DNA of 64,000 nt from the human T2T-CHM13v2.0 reference genome, Homo sapiens (GCF_009914755.1 NC_060947.1), one strand, 5' to 3'; shown: positions 16,895 through 30,544, counted from the stretch's first letter. Notes: generated from the sequence alone by a model not told the origin. Numbers and translations are program-made.

Positions 16895-18039
16895 CTTTTT
16901 TTAAATTGATATAACATATTTTTGAGGTATATGTGATATTTTGATACATGTGTACAGTATGTAACGACCTCATCAGGGTAATTGGGATATCCATCACCTC
17001 AAACATTTATCTTTGCGTTGGGAACATTACAGTTCTTCAAGCTATTTTGAAATATAAGATTAATTATTGATAACTATAATTTTCCTATTGTACTATTGAA
17101 TACTAATATGTATTACTTGTATTTAATTGGTTTTTTTTACTCATTATCCAACTTCTCTTCATCCCCCTTCCCCACTTCCCTTTTCAGCCTCTAGTAACTA
17201 CCATTCTACTTGCTACCTCCATGAGATCCACTTTTTTAGCTCCCATATAGAGTGAGCACATGAAGTATTTGTTGTTCTGTGCCTGGCTAATTTCGCTTAA
17301 CATAATGACATCCAGTTCCATCCATGTTGCAGCAAGTGAGAGGATTTTATTTTTTTGTGGCTGTATTCCACTGTTTATATATACTATGGTGTTGGTTTTT
17401 TTTTTTGTCCGAATGGACAAAAAGTGTCTGTTGATGGACACTTAGGTTGATTCCAGTCTTTTCCATTGTGAATAGTTCTGCAATAAACATGGGAGTACAG
17501 ATATCTCTTTCATATATTTATTTTATTTTATTTGGGTATGTACCCAGCAGTGGCATTGCTGGATCATATGGTTGTTCTATTTTTAGGTCTTTGAGAAACC
17601 TCCATAGAGTGTATATTAATTTACATGTCCACCAACAGTATATAAGTGTTCCCTTTTCTCTGCATCCTTTCCAGCATTTGTTGTTTTTTGTCTTTTTGAT
17701 AATAGCCATTCAGACTGGGGTGAGGTCATACCCCATAGTGGTTTTAATTTGCATTTTCCTGATGATTTGTGACATTGAGTATTTTTTCATATACTTGGCA
17801 ATTTATATGTCTTCTTTTGGGAAATGTCTATTCAGGTCTTTTGCCCATTTAAAATTAGATTATTTGGGATTTTTTTTTTTTTGCTATTGAGTTGTTTGAG
17901 TTTTGTATGTACTCTGGTTATTAATCCCTTGTTGGACGGGTAGTTTGCAAATATTTTCTGCCGTTCTGTGGACTGTCTCTTCACTTTATCAGTTGTTTCC
18001 TTTGTTGTGCAGAAGCTTGTTAGCTTGATATAATTCCAT
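16895..18039 (-). mobile_element. L1MA 3' fragment
   Basis: Antisense L1MA 3'UTR ('cagggtaattgggatatccatcacctcaaac') plus ORF2 C-terminal peptides. Confidence 0.9.
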
Positions 18040-18149
18040 GCCCCAGCCTTCTGACATAGGTTGTACATGTTGTCTAACAGTTTTGCAGCTTCTACTAGGT
18101 ACAGACCATCCAGTTTCTTATTTCTCTACCTGGTAATCACATTTAGATA

Positions 18150-18368
18150 ACTATTTCCACAAAGAGCCAGATGGTAAATATTTCAGACTTTATGGGCCAC
18201 ACAGTCTCTGTCTCAACTATTCTACTCTGTCTTTGTAGTGCAAACACAGCCATAGACAACACATAAAGAAACAGGAGTGTCTAAGTATTCCAATAAATAG
18301 CTTCATTAAAAAAAAAAAAACAGTCAACAGCAAAGTTTGGCCTGTAAGGCTGCAGTTTGTCAACCCCC
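18150..18368. mobile_element. MER58A-like hAT-Charlie MITE
   Basis: 'gccagatggtaaatatttcagactttatgggccac...cagccatagacaa...gcagtttgtcaacccc'. Confidence 0.8.
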
Positions 18369-18691
18369 AGTCTAGACTGTCCCATGTGTTTGACATATTT
18401 AACATAGTGACTCTAACATGTCTACTTCATAATACAGATTTGTCATTCTTAATAGCGCTGAAGGTAGGAAATCCAATCAATGTGGCAGTACTCCCCTTTT
18501 GATGCCTGAGCATACCCCTGCTGTTTAGCCAAGCTCCCCTTGCCTATACCATACAGTGCAGATTAACCAGGACTTGTAGTCAGGAACAAAAGAGCCCAGC
18601 CCCATGTAAGCAGCTTTCCCCGATGATTCTGGGCCTAGGCTTGGCTTCTTGAGTAGATCTTCTCACATGATGCCAAAAAGCTATCTCTTAG

Positions 18692-18940
18692 ATGCAATGT
18701 GGAATCCTGCATTGGACCGTGAAACAGTAAAAGGATTTTAGTGGAAAAATGAGTGAAATCTAGTAGCTTAGTAACAGCAATATATCAATGTTAATTTCTT
18801 GCCTCTGACAACTGTACCATAGTTATGTAAGCTGTGAACACTAGGGGAAACTGAGTGAAGGGTGTTTGTGAAGAGTTTGTAATATCTTTACAACTTTTCA
18901 GTAAATTAAAAATTATTCTAAAATACATAGTTTTTAAAAA
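18692..18940 (+). mobile_element. L1MC/ME 3' end
   Basis: 'tatcaatgttaatttctt...ctgtaccat...ggggaaactgagtgaagggt...aaaattattctaaaat'. Confidence 0.75.
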
Positions 18941-19961
18941 ACTGTTTGCTTAACTGATTTCCCATCCTCATCTCTTCTGTTTTATTGTCAGGTATCACAG
19001 ATACTGATTTATGATTATCTCATCTGTGATAGCACCTGCGAATTGCAACTCCCCTTACCTCAACCCTAACTCCTATATTGCTTCCCTAGAATCACATCAT
19101 ATATGCCAGGGACACTTCCAAAGCAGAAAGAAATGAAAGAAATGCAGTGCTCATTCTATCTCTCCCCTCTGACCACACACCTCTTAGAAAATAAATCCAC
19201 GACACACAGAGGGAGCAAAAAGAGTGTGAAGAGTCTCTTGAATTGTCAATTTAAAAAAAAAGAGTCCTCTTGGGTTTCTGGTCTAACAGACATAACTAAG
19301 GTAGTTGGCAAAGAAAAACGTGATTGGTTGAATTGAACTCTCTTTGAGGAACAGATTCTTAGTATTCAATGTTTCCTAAACTCTTTGTCAAGCATGGCCT
19401 ACCCAATGTGGCTGTGGAAGAAGGGGCCAGACAGAGTCACATTACAGGAGGTAAAAAGGCCCTGGTTGTTGTTGCCCCCTAATTAATGTGGCCCACACTT
19501 CTTCATTCCTGTGAGTTAGGCCTAGGGAATATTAAAATGCTAATACTGAGGAGGGAGAATAAATCAAGTAAGGCTATACAACCTGAATGAAGGGTGGGGG
19601 TCTAGAGGGAATCTGTGGTGGGTAGTAATGCTTCTGCTCCATATGTTAAGGGCAAAACCATTTTACGTACTCACATATATAGGGACATAAAAAAAAAAGC
19701 AGCTTTAAGGACAAATGAAAAAAAACCAAGTAGTTTTGTGTGTGGGTACTTGTGTATGCAAAAATGCTTTGAATTGGCTATTTTCCTCTCTGGGTTATAT
19801 GTTGGGTCGGTTCACCAAGCCGAATCTGGTATGTCAGGTAGGACAAGCCTGAAGGATTAATGCCAGAGGAATAGTAGGATCAGGTTTCTGCTGTAGATCT
19901 TAGATAAATGTGGGCTTGAGGCCCAAAGAGTCAATTAAGGTGAAAAGGAACAAGCAGGTAT

Positions 19962-20170
19962 CACTCATTCATTCATTTATTCATCACATTTTTGAGGGCT
20001 TAACTATGAGCCAGGTGCTATTCTAGGCATTGAGTGAACAAAACAAACAAACTTCCCTGTCTTCATGGGGCTTCAACAGATTACAAACAGCATATATAAT
20101 ATTTCAAATATAATATATTAGGAGATGATAAGGGATATGACATTTAAAAATCAAGGAAAGGGAATAGATA
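19962..20170 (-). mobile_element. L2 3' end
   Basis: 'cattcattcatttattcat...ctatgagccaggtgctattctaggcatt'. Confidence 0.8.
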
Positions 20171-21220
20171 GAGACAGAAAAGTCCAGTATAGCAGCAAAC
20201 TAGCACTAGTGGGCAAGAGATGCTGAAGACAAATGCTAGTGCTAGGGTAGAAGCATTTGGTGTTCACTCTGGTTTATTCTTTGTTGGATGTGGCAAACTT
20301 GAATCCACAGGTATTGATCAGAGTCCTAAAGGAGTCTGAAGAACATGGGCGTATTTTGCATCTAATTGAGGGTGAGGTACAGTGCTGTATATGGTCACTA
20401 AAATGCCTTGACACTTGGAAGCATTCCTTTATATGCCAACTGTGGTTTGCACTTATGATATCTTGTATGACACAGCCCCTCTTCCACTTTTCTGATAGCC
20501 TGTGTGTGAATAAAAGGGGTTTGTTGGAGGAAAACCAGAAAGGGAGAAAATTCCCAAGCAAAGCAAAAAATCTTAAAATTGACATTGAAGTCCCAGCTCT
20601 GGAGGCTCGACATCTAAATGCAGCTTGTAAAAATCCAAGAGTCAAAGAGGTAAGCCAATACTTAGCATGGTACCTGATACAAAACCCATACATAACAGAT
20701 ATTTGAATGAACAAATGCTACAATAAAAGGAGCAACTAGAACTGAAAAGGAGATAAAAATGGCATTCTGTGATACAACCTTTTCTCTAAACACAAATTCC
20801 CACTGTGGATTTTGCATTTTTTGAAATAAGGCCACTTACAAGGGGTTAGTTAAGCCTTTCTTTTTCTATTAAAAACAACCTCAAGCTTATTAAATGGGGT
20901 TGGTTCATTTAAATAACTAGTTAATGTGCGTTATTGATGTAGGTCAAAGAAATGTGATCTCATCCCATCCTTATACTTTGAGGACCTTAGTCTTCATGGA
21001 CCTAAGAGCAATCTCTTTAAATTGTCTCATTCTCCTTAAATATAAGAGGAATACCTTTTCCCCCCAGTTTTACAGTTATCTGATTCAGATGCTTCAGGAT
21101 ATCAGACTAAATCTGAAGTTGTTATTTTTCTTCATGTAAGAGATGGCTGCCTAAATTATAAACTTAGCCATGCTACATGAACTTCTCACTTGTTTAAAAC
21201 TCTATCAGAAATTTAATTAG

Positions 21221-24158
21221 GATGGCTGGCAAGATGGCCGAATCGGGACAGCTCCAGTCTGCAGCTCCCAGTGAAATCAACACAGAAGGCAGGTGATTTC
21301 CGCATTTCCAACTGAGGTACCCGGCTCATCTCATTGGGACTGGTTAGACAGTGGGTGCAGCCCACGGAGGGTGAGCAGAAGCAGGGTGGGGCGTTGCCTC
21401 ACCCGGGAAGTGCAAGGCGTCAGGGAACTCCCTCCCCTAGCCAAGGGAAGCCATGAGGGACTGTGCTGTGAGGAACGGTGCCTTCCTGCCCAGATACTAC
21501 GCTTTTACCGTGGTCTTCACAACCTGCAGACCAGGAGATTTGCTTGGGTACCTACAACACCAGGGCCCTGGGTTTCAAGCACAGAACTGGGTGGCCATTT
21601 GGGCAGACACCGAGCTAGCTGCAGGAGTTTTTTTCCATACCCCAGTGGCACCTGGAATGCCAGCGAGACAGAACTGTTCACTCCCCTGAAAAGGGGGCTG
21701 AAGCCAGGGAGCCAAGTGGTCTAGCTCAGCGGATCCCACCATCACGGAGCCCAGCAAGCTAAAATCCACTGGCTTGAAATTCTCAATGCCAGCACAGCAG
21801 TCTGAAGTCAACCTGGGATGATCAAGCTTGGTGGGGGGAAGGGGGTCTGCCATTACTGAGACTTGAGTAGGAAGTTTTCTCCTCACAGTGTAAACAAAGC
21901 CTCCAGGAAGCTCAAACTGCGGGGAGCCCACTGCAGCACAGCAAAGCTGCTGTAGCCAGACTGCCTCTCTAGATTCCTCCTCTCTGGGCAGGGCATCTCT
22001 GAAAGAAAGGCAGCAGCCCCAGTCAGGGACTTACAGATAAAATTCCCATGTTTCTGTGACAGAACACCTGGGGAAAGGGGTGGCTATGGGCACAGCTTCA
22101 GCAGACTTAAAAGTTCCTGCCTGCTGGCTCTGAAGAGAGCAGCAGATTTCCCAGCACAGCACTCGAGCTCTGCTAAGGGAGAGACTGCCTCCTCAAGTGG
22201 GTCCCTGACCCGTGCTCCTCCTGACTGGGAGACACCTTGCAGCAGGGATTGACAGGCACTTCATACAGGAGAGATCTAGCTGGCATCTGGCAGGTGCCCC
22301 TCTGGGATGAAGTTTCCAGAGGAAGGAACAGGCAGGAATCTTTGCTGTTCTAGAGACCCCGCTGGTGATACCCAGGCAAACAGGGTCTGGGGTGGACCTC
22401 CAGCAAACTCCAGCAGACCTGCAGCAGACGGGCCTGACTGTTAGAAGGAAAACTAACAAACAGAAAGGAATAGCATCAACATCAACAAAAACGACATCCA
22501 CACAGAAACCCCATCCAAAGGTCACCAACATCAAAGACCAAAGGTAGCTAAATCCAGGAAGATGAGGAAAAACCAGCACAAAAAGGCTGACAATTCCAAA
22601 AACCAGAACACCTCTTCTCCTCCAAAGGATCATAACTCCTTACAAGCAAGGGAACAAAACTGGACAGAGAATGAGTTTGACGAATTGACAGAAGTAGGCT
22701 TCAGAAGGTGTGTAATAACAAACTCCTCCTAGCTAAAGGAGCATGTTCTAACCCAATGCAAGGAAGCTAAGAACCTTGAAAAAAGGTTATAGGAATTGCT
22801 AACTAGAATAACCAGTTTAGAGAAGAGCATAAATGACCTGATAGACCTGAACAACACAGCATGAGAACTTCATGAACCCAAATCAATCAAGTGGAAGAAA
22901 TGATATCAGAGATTGAAGATCAACTTAATTAAATAAAGTGTGAAGACAAGATTAGACAAAAAAAGAATGAAAAGGAACAAACAAAGCCTTCAGGAAATAT
23001 GGGACTATGTGAAAAGACCAAACCTACATTTGATTGGTATACCTGAAAGTGACAGGGAGAATGGAACCAAGTTGGAAAACACTCTTCAGGATATTATCCA
23101 GAACTTTCCCAACCTAGCAAGACAGACCAATATTCAAATTCAGGAAATAGAGAGAATACCCCAAAGATATTCCTGGAGAACAGCAACCACAAGGCACATA
23201 ATCATCAGATTCATCAAGGTCGAAATGAAGGAAAAAATGTTAAGGGCAGCCAGAGAGAAAGGTTGGGTTATCCACAATGGGAAGCCCATCAGACTAACAG
23301 CGGATCTCTGCAGATACCCTACAAGCCAGAAGAGACTGGGAGCCAATATTCCACATTCTTAAAGAAAAGAATTTTCAACGCAGAATTTCATATCCAGCCG
23401 AACTAAGCTTCATAAGCGAAGGAGAAATAAAATCCTTTACAGACAAGCAAATGCTGAGATATTTTGTCACCACCAGGCCTGCCTTACAAGATCTGCTGAA
23501 GGAAGCACTAAATATGGAAAGGAAAAACTGGTTCCAGCCACTGCAAAAACATACCAAATTGCAAAGACCATTGACACTATGAAGAAACTGCATCAACTAA
23601 CGGGCAAAATAACCAGCTAGCATCATAATGACAGGATGAAATTCACACATAACAATATTAACCTTAAATGTAAATGGGCTAAATGCCCCAATTAAAAGAC
23701 ACAGACTTGCAAACTGGATAAAGAGCCAAGACCAATCAGTGTGCTGTATTCAGGAGAACGATCTCGTGCAAAGTCACACATAGGCTCAAAATAAAGGGAT
23801 GGAAGAATATTTACCAAGCAAATGGAAAGCAAAAAAAAAGCAGGGGTTGCAATCCTAGTCTCTGATAAAACAGGCTTTAAACCAACAAAGGTCAAAAAGG
23901 ACAAAGAAGGGCATTACATAATTGTAAAGGGATCAATTCAACAAGAAGAGCTAACTATCCTAAATATATATGCACCCAGTACAGGAGCACCCAGATTCAT
24001 AAAGCAAGTTCTTAGAGACCTACCAAGAGACTTAGACTCCTCTTAAACAAATGTAGATGGCGGGTTGATGGGTGCAGCAAACCACCATGGCACATGTATA
24101 CCCATGTAACAAACCTGCACATTCTGCACATGTATCCCAGAACTTAAAGTATAATAAA
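21221..24158 (+). mobile_element. L1PA7/8-like element with full 5'UTR, disrupted ORF1, ORF2 endonuclease start and a ~3.5 kb internal deletion
   Basis: 5'UTR start 'gatggctggcaagatggccg'; ORF1 from ~22562; ORF2 ATG 23628; EN joined to 3'UTR at 24040-24050; TSD aaatttaattag at 21209-21220 and 24159-24170. Confidence 0.95.
21231..21239 (+). promoter_or_regulatory. YY1 site of the L1 internal promoter
   Basis: AAGATGGCC at the canonical position near the L1 5' end. Confidence 0.75.
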
Positions 24159-24184
24159 AAATTTAATTAGAAAATAAGTGTATT

Positions 24185-24717
24185 TGTGCCACATTTTCTT
24201 AATCCAGTCTATCATTGATGGACATTTGGGTTGGTTCCAAGTCTTTGCTATTGTGAATATTGCAGCAATAAGCAGACCTGTGCATGTGTCTTTTTGGCAG
24301 CATGATTTATAATCCTCTGGGTATATACCCAGTAATGGGATCACTGGCTCAAATGGTATTTCTAGTTCTAGATCCCATTTCATGTCCTTTGTAGGGACAT
24401 GGATGAAGCTGGAAACCATCACTCTCAGCAAACTATTGCAAGGACAAAAAACCAAACACCACATGTTCTCACTCATAGGTAGGAATTGAACAATGAGAAC
24501 ACTTGGACACAGGAAGGGGAACATCACACACCAGGGCCTGTTATGGGGTGGGGGGAGGGGGCAGGGATAGCATTAGGAGATATATCTAATGTAAATGACA
24601 AGTTAATGGGTGCAGCACACTGACATGGCACATGTATACATATGCAACAAACCTGCACGTTGTGCACATGTACCCTGGAACTTAAAGTATAATAAAAAAA
24701 ATTAAAATTAAAAAAAG
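24185..24717 (+). mobile_element. short twin-primed L1PA4/5-like insertion (24185-24376 inverted, remainder sense)
   Basis: Antisense 'tgtgccacattttcttaatcc...tctagatccc' joined to sense 'ttcatgtcctttgtagggac'; TSD gaaaataagtgtatt (24170-24184) / gaaaagaattgtatt (24718-24732). Confidence 0.92.
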
Positions 24718-25329
24718 GAAAAGAATTGTATTCAATTCAAACTGCAAAACAACAGACATTGAACAGGACAAGTATTTTATTTATCTTAACTCTCACATAT
24801 CTATAAAGTACAAAGATTTTAATCCAAACTTTTCAAAATGGGATTTCTAATGCCCTCACTCCCACTTTCTCCCAAGAGAAGAGAGGAAATCAATTCTAGT
24901 CCACGTTTCCTTCCTGGCCAAGGTAAAAAGTATTCATCATTCTCTTGGTAGAAGGTCATGTGGTTTCCTTGAATCATGCTGTGCTTCCACATTCTGCTAT
25001 TTGGTAAAAGTTCCCCTGGAGACTTTTGGAATGAAGAGACCATCTCTTCAAAATGAATGTGTTAATCTTTTTTTATTGCAACACAAGAATTCGTCAGAGA
25101 TCTTGGTAAGAAAAATGGTGTATAGCCTACAGTGATTGCCAGACTGATTTATGACTAGGTAAAGCAGCTCTACCATCCCTTCTTTCTCTTCATGAATTCC
25201 AACAAAACTACCTAAATATCAGCTATCTTGTTTTCTTTTGAGACTGCAAATAATCACCCAGGAATCCCAGGTTTATTATCCAAACTGCTTTCTTGAATTA
25301 TCTGAAAACCTGGACAGCCCCTAATTTCA

Positions 25330-25525
25330 CAGGCCAATGGTTATAGTCTCCTAGCAGATTAGAAGGAGTCTTAGAGATCGTAGAGTTCAATCATATCATA
25401 TCAGAGAGAGGAAATGGACACTCACAGAATGGAAATCACTTGCCCAGTGTTACACAGCAAATCAGTGGCAGAGCTAAAATCATAAGGCAAGTTTCTTGAT
25501 TCCCAATCTAGTGTACTTTATACTA
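25330..25525 (-). mobile_element. MIR
   Basis: 'cacttgcccagtgttacacagcaaatcagtggcagagct'. Confidence 0.7.
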
Positions 25526-25715
25526 TCCCCTCATCAATGTTTAGCACTGCAAACAACTTCTGCATTATGCTCTCAGTAGGGTAGTTTCCCTGTTATGGAG
25601 TAGACAACACTTTGTCCAAATAGTGATGTCAGGAGAAGGGAAGGGCTCCTGCTTTTTCTTCACTTTTACCCAAATTTACGCAGGTTAGGCTTTTCTTCCT
25701 GCATCAGCTATTTTA

Positions 25716-25718
<3 letters not shown>

Positions 25719-25761
<43 letters not shown>

Positions 25762-25765
25762 TATA
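25719..25765. repeat. (TA)n(CA)n microsatellite
   Basis: Seen directly. Confidence 0.95.
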
Positions 25766-25958
25766 TTAGTAGATAGATAGATGATAGGACTGATATGTAG
25801 GCAGAGAGATAGATAATCTAATACAAGATACTTTGTTATATGCTGTGCTCTCGTAGAATTGTGTTTCTTTTCTCATGGTATTTATCTACTTCTGCATAAT
25901 TACCTGTGCATAATTACAAACAGATTTGAAAGGTAGATATTAATAGTATGGTGGTTAA

Positions 25959-26005
<47 letters not shown>

Positions 26006-26149
26006 CACTCTTTCTCTCTTATGCTAAACTGCTTGGATTCAAAACTTGGCTTTCTCTATTTATTAATTGTTTGACATTGGGCAAGTTGCTTAATCTTTCT
26101 GTGTCTTAGTATAATCTTTAATATGGAGATAATAATGGTACCTATCTCA

Positions 26150-26672
26150 GTCTCAATTAAGGTTTGATCAAAGAAGCAGAACCACTATAGTTTATAGATA
26201 GTAAGGGATTTTATTTTAGGAATTGACATTATGCAATTGTGGGAGCTAATTAGTTTCCATAAGGTTAATTTCAGTGTTTGGTGTTGGGCCTAAGGTCACA
26301 AAGGGAAGTGGGGGATAACAAAGACAAATTGGAACCTAGCAAGACAAACTGGATCCCATGAGGATATCTGAAACCCATGCTTACCTTTCATCACCTCCAT
26401 TCTTGATGATGTAGGTGACCTGCAGGAGAAGCTGTCACCCTTCAGCACTCCTTCTTCATGCTAGCAGATTAGCGGCCATGTTCATAAACTGAAACAGCAC
26501 CTGCCACCACAATGACCTTCAGAGTATTACAAATGGCTGCTCCTTCACTTTTGCCTTTCAAATCTTGTGCACATGTCTCCTGGGACCAATTCTAACTTGG
26601 TGTAATATAGGGAAAGTAATTTTGGGAAACATAGCTCCAGATTCTAACCAGTTAGACACAAAGTCACCACAC
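26150..26672. mobile_element. old ERVL/MaLR-type LTR inserted in a MIR
   Basis: 'tttgatcaaagaagcagaaccact...' to 'gtcaccaca'; MIR sequence on both sides (26030-26148 and 26672-26710). Confidence 0.5.
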
Positions 26673-26744
26673 AGTGCCTAGCATACTATAAGCACTCAGT
26701 AAATATTAGTTCTTAATGTCTGCTTCCTAATGTGTTTTTAGATT

Positions 26745-26880
26745 CGTGTTTTTCTTTTCTGCTAGATTGTAAGTGCCATGAGAGGAGAGAATGTATATGT
26801 TTTTATGTACCATTGTATCCCCACCATCTAACACAGTCGCTGATGTATGGTGGAGCTTATGAAATATTGTTGAATGAAGA
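26745..26880 (+). mobile_element. L2 3' end
   Basis: 'ctagattgtaagtgccatgagagg...tgtatcccc...aatattgttgaatgaa'. Confidence 0.8.
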
Positions 26881-27129
26881 GAGAGGCAGACAGAAAGAAA
26901 ACGGGAAAAACTGTAACATTTGCCAAACAGTGCATCAGTAAGTTTTTATGATGTTACGGGGGAATATAGACAGATGTATAAGATCTAGTCTCTGGCATAA
27001 TTTGCAGTTGAGGAGTGGGAAATTGAATGCTGGGATGTCAGAAACCTCAGTAGCACCAAGAAAGTTTGAGCAGGATATGAGTTGTGATTGTAGAACTGGT
27101 CGAACTGTGGGGTAGTCTCCAACAGAAGT

Positions 27130-27645
27130 ACCTGCCTTTACTGAATATTTTCCATTTGTCCCTTTACATCTAGCCCTTACCTTTCTGCGTTCTTCTTTGT
27201 GTCCCAGGAGGCTGACCTTTATGGATATATCAACTGAGTTATTTTGCCTTTTGACTTATTGGTTGGATACAGCCAATTGGAGACAGTGGTGGTGAATGAG
27301 AGGAGAGAGAAGTCAAGATATTTTTTCTCCCAGGTTGATGTTAGTTGTCAGTGGCTGAATTCCTCCCCCAAAGGCAACATTTGTTGGATAGGGAGTGTCA
27401 TCTCTTACAGCCACAGCTATGGGTCTTTTTCCCTCTGGGATCCAGTAACTACGCCCTCCATTTATGCTTTTAGGCCTAGGAATGATAAAGGCTCTGCTGA
27501 TATTGCAAACTTTGGGGTGTTCACCATCCTTTGTTGGTTTCTTTTAACCCTTCTCAAATTATTTAAATAGCTCTTTCATTAAACTCTCCTCAATTACTCT
27601 CTTTGAGTGAGGCTTCTGTTTCCTTCTGCGGCCTTGAGTGAAATA
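27130..27645. mobile_element. LTR33-like ERVL LTR
   Basis: 'gtgtcccaggaggctgacctttatgga...cttcattaaactctcctcaattac...tttgagtg...ctgtttcc'. Confidence 0.65.
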
Positions 27646-28359
27646 TTATCAGTCCAATACAGTTCTCAAAGGGATGTCCTGGGATTTGTGAGACATGAAA
27701 GCAAGAAGATCTAGGTGACAGACAACATTCAAAATTCGTTGTGTCTTGGTATCCTGGTTCTCAATCATCAGTCTTTTATTAAGAACCCCAGGCATAGCTG
27801 GGGGCACCGTGGTGCAGAACCCAACATTCTGTGGTTGGATCTGGGCAGAAAGACAAGATAAGCCTTCATTCTAGGGAAGCTAAGACAAAACTCAATTATC
27901 TAGACTGAATCAAATTACCATGGGTTAGGACCCGATATGCCATAGGGATATAAGTCCAGGGACTACTCCAGGCTCACTGAATACCATGCATGGGGCATAG
28001 TAACTAAGGACAAACCTACCCACGGAAGGATATAAAGCTCCCAATATATCCCCCAGCCATGGTTAGAATTTGTAGCATAATTGAGCAGGCCTGGGAGTGA
28101 AGTGCAGGTGAATAACCTCCAAAACTAATGATATGGAAGGGACTGGATGAGGCTAATTGTGGAGGACATCAACTGCCAAACAAAAGAGTTTGGATTTGAA
28201 ACCATAGAAAATGAGCAGCCATTGATGATTTCTGAGCATTTAATATCAATGATCTTTGATAAGTCATTTGTTATCTTAATTATTTAGGAATGTCTTTACT
28301 GCCAGTATGGAGAGAAATCGATGATGATGATAATGATGATCATGGCTATGTTAATTAAT

Positions 28360-28590
28360 GTTAGCAGTTACCATTTATTGAGCATCTACTAGGCGCCAGA
28401 CACATGTTCCCACTCCTTACATACAATATTTTATTTAATCTTTATAATAATCATTGTAGAATCAGTATTATTATTATCTTCATTTTGCACATGAAATAAC
28501 TGAGGCTCAAAAAATGTTTAAACACTTAAGCTCAAGGTGATGGTGCTGGAATTGAGCCTAGGACTGAATGACTCCAAACCCTCTGCTCAT
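28360..28590 (-). mobile_element. MIR
   Basis: 'ccatttattgagcatctactaggcgccag...aactgaggctca'. Confidence 0.75.
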
Positions 28591-29458
28591 AATCTCCATA
28601 AAAGACCATCTCCATTATTCCACTACCTTCTCTTCATCTCTAGTCTACTGATGGTCTTTTGTCTTGAATGTGGCATTGCCTCCTCAGCAATGTTACAAAG
28701 AATAGCAATTTACAAGCCTTATTCATGGGCACCAAACACTGCCTCCATCCCCAGGCAGACACTGGGCTCTCTGCCAAAGTAATGGGTCTGATAGAAATCT
28801 TATTATAATCCTTCTGCATTTGGACAGCAAATGATGAAAAAGGAAAGTCTGGAAACTTTGAAGCTGACTTTGGAGTTGCCCTCTACAATTTCCCTGAGGA
28901 GGTCTTACTTAGAATGAGTCACCAACTTTCCTGACTGCATTTTACTGATCCTTGGAGAGAAAATGTTCCCTAGTTCTGGCATTAGGCTTTTACGGCCTTC
29001 CACTTTCAGTGACTCCAAAGCATTGGGAAGATACCTTGTGTCCTTGGAATAGAAAACAAACAAACAAACAAACACTCACCCTCAAAAAAAAACTAAATCC
29101 TCTTTAGGATGGGATGCTCAACTATCCCCCCCGCCTCCCATTTTCCTATACTCATTACTTTTAAGTAATGTCGGAGTTGGGAAAGCATTTAAGGATCTAG
29201 TTTAACCTTCTCAGCTTACAAATGGGAAAAGTGGGGCCAATAGAGAAAAAAGGACTTACCCATGGTCACACAGCCACCTGTTAGAGCCAGGACTAGAGCC
29301 CAGGTATCCTGGGCTCCAGACCAATTGTCCTTTCCTGATTCCTTTTACCATCTATTTATGTTTTATTTTTATAGCTAGTGTGTAAACTCTGAAAGAGTCA
29401 ATCATAATTTTGAAAGACACAATCCCAAGCGCCATAATCCTGAATGTTGAAATCCTGA

Positions 29459-29600
29459 TGCTGAGCATGGTGGCTTACACCTATAATCCCAGCAGTTTGG
29501 GAGGCCAAGGTAGGAAGATTGCTTGAAGCCAGGAGCTAGAGACCAGCCTGGGCAACATAGCGAGACCCCAACTCAATTTTTTAAAAAGGAAAGAGAAAAA
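29459..29600 (+). mobile_element. FLAM_C / free left Alu monomer
   Basis: Left monomer only with A-rich tail; TSD gaaatcctga / gaaaccctga. Confidence 0.85.
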
Positions 29601-29863
29601 GAAACCCTGAAAGATCAAAATCCCTAAAATATAATTCTGGAAAAAAATAACTTTTAAATTCCTAAAAAGAATATTTATTTACATTTTAAAAAGGGCATTT
29701 ATTTGAAAAACATAAAAACGTGACACTTCACAGACCACATTACACAATAAAATAAGCAATAATAACATACATATTGTTGCAAGCATAAACATTCAGTTAT
29801 ACTAATGACAACTGAACATGTGTAACAGTTATGAGCAGATGAACTATATTAATAAAGAAATAG

Positions 29864-30121
<258 letters not shown>

Positions 30122-30485
30122 GAAATAGCTTTTATAACTGTGGTCATCTGAAATGCTGTGATGAACAATGTAAGTCTTTTAATGAGATTGATCAAAAACC
30201 TCAGTGGGTCATCACTGTATATGGACTCACCCAAATAACAACAACAATAACAACAAAACAGACCTTGAGAAATTCAGTTATCTCAAAAAACTTTATTTTT
30301 CAGAATTGCTGATATACAAGATAAGCCTTCTCTCTTCATTTATTGAGGAATTTTCAACATTTTTACATGCATGCACAATGCTTAAACACAAAGTCAGTAA
30401 TGCGATAATGCATCTTTGTGGAGTCAAATTTGCAAGAAAAATGCATAAAATGAACTAGAATTCTCCTTAAAATAGTAGCCTGTCC

Positions 30486-30544
<59 letters not shown>

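Noticed and set aside
22562-24040. Functional L1 ORF1/ORF2
   Set aside because: Multiple stops and frameshifts; RT is deleted.
25893-25917. tgcataattac twice (POU-like); also 10-bp tandem duplications near 13085, 13660 and 59021
   Set aside because: Ordinary slippage duplications with no supporting context.
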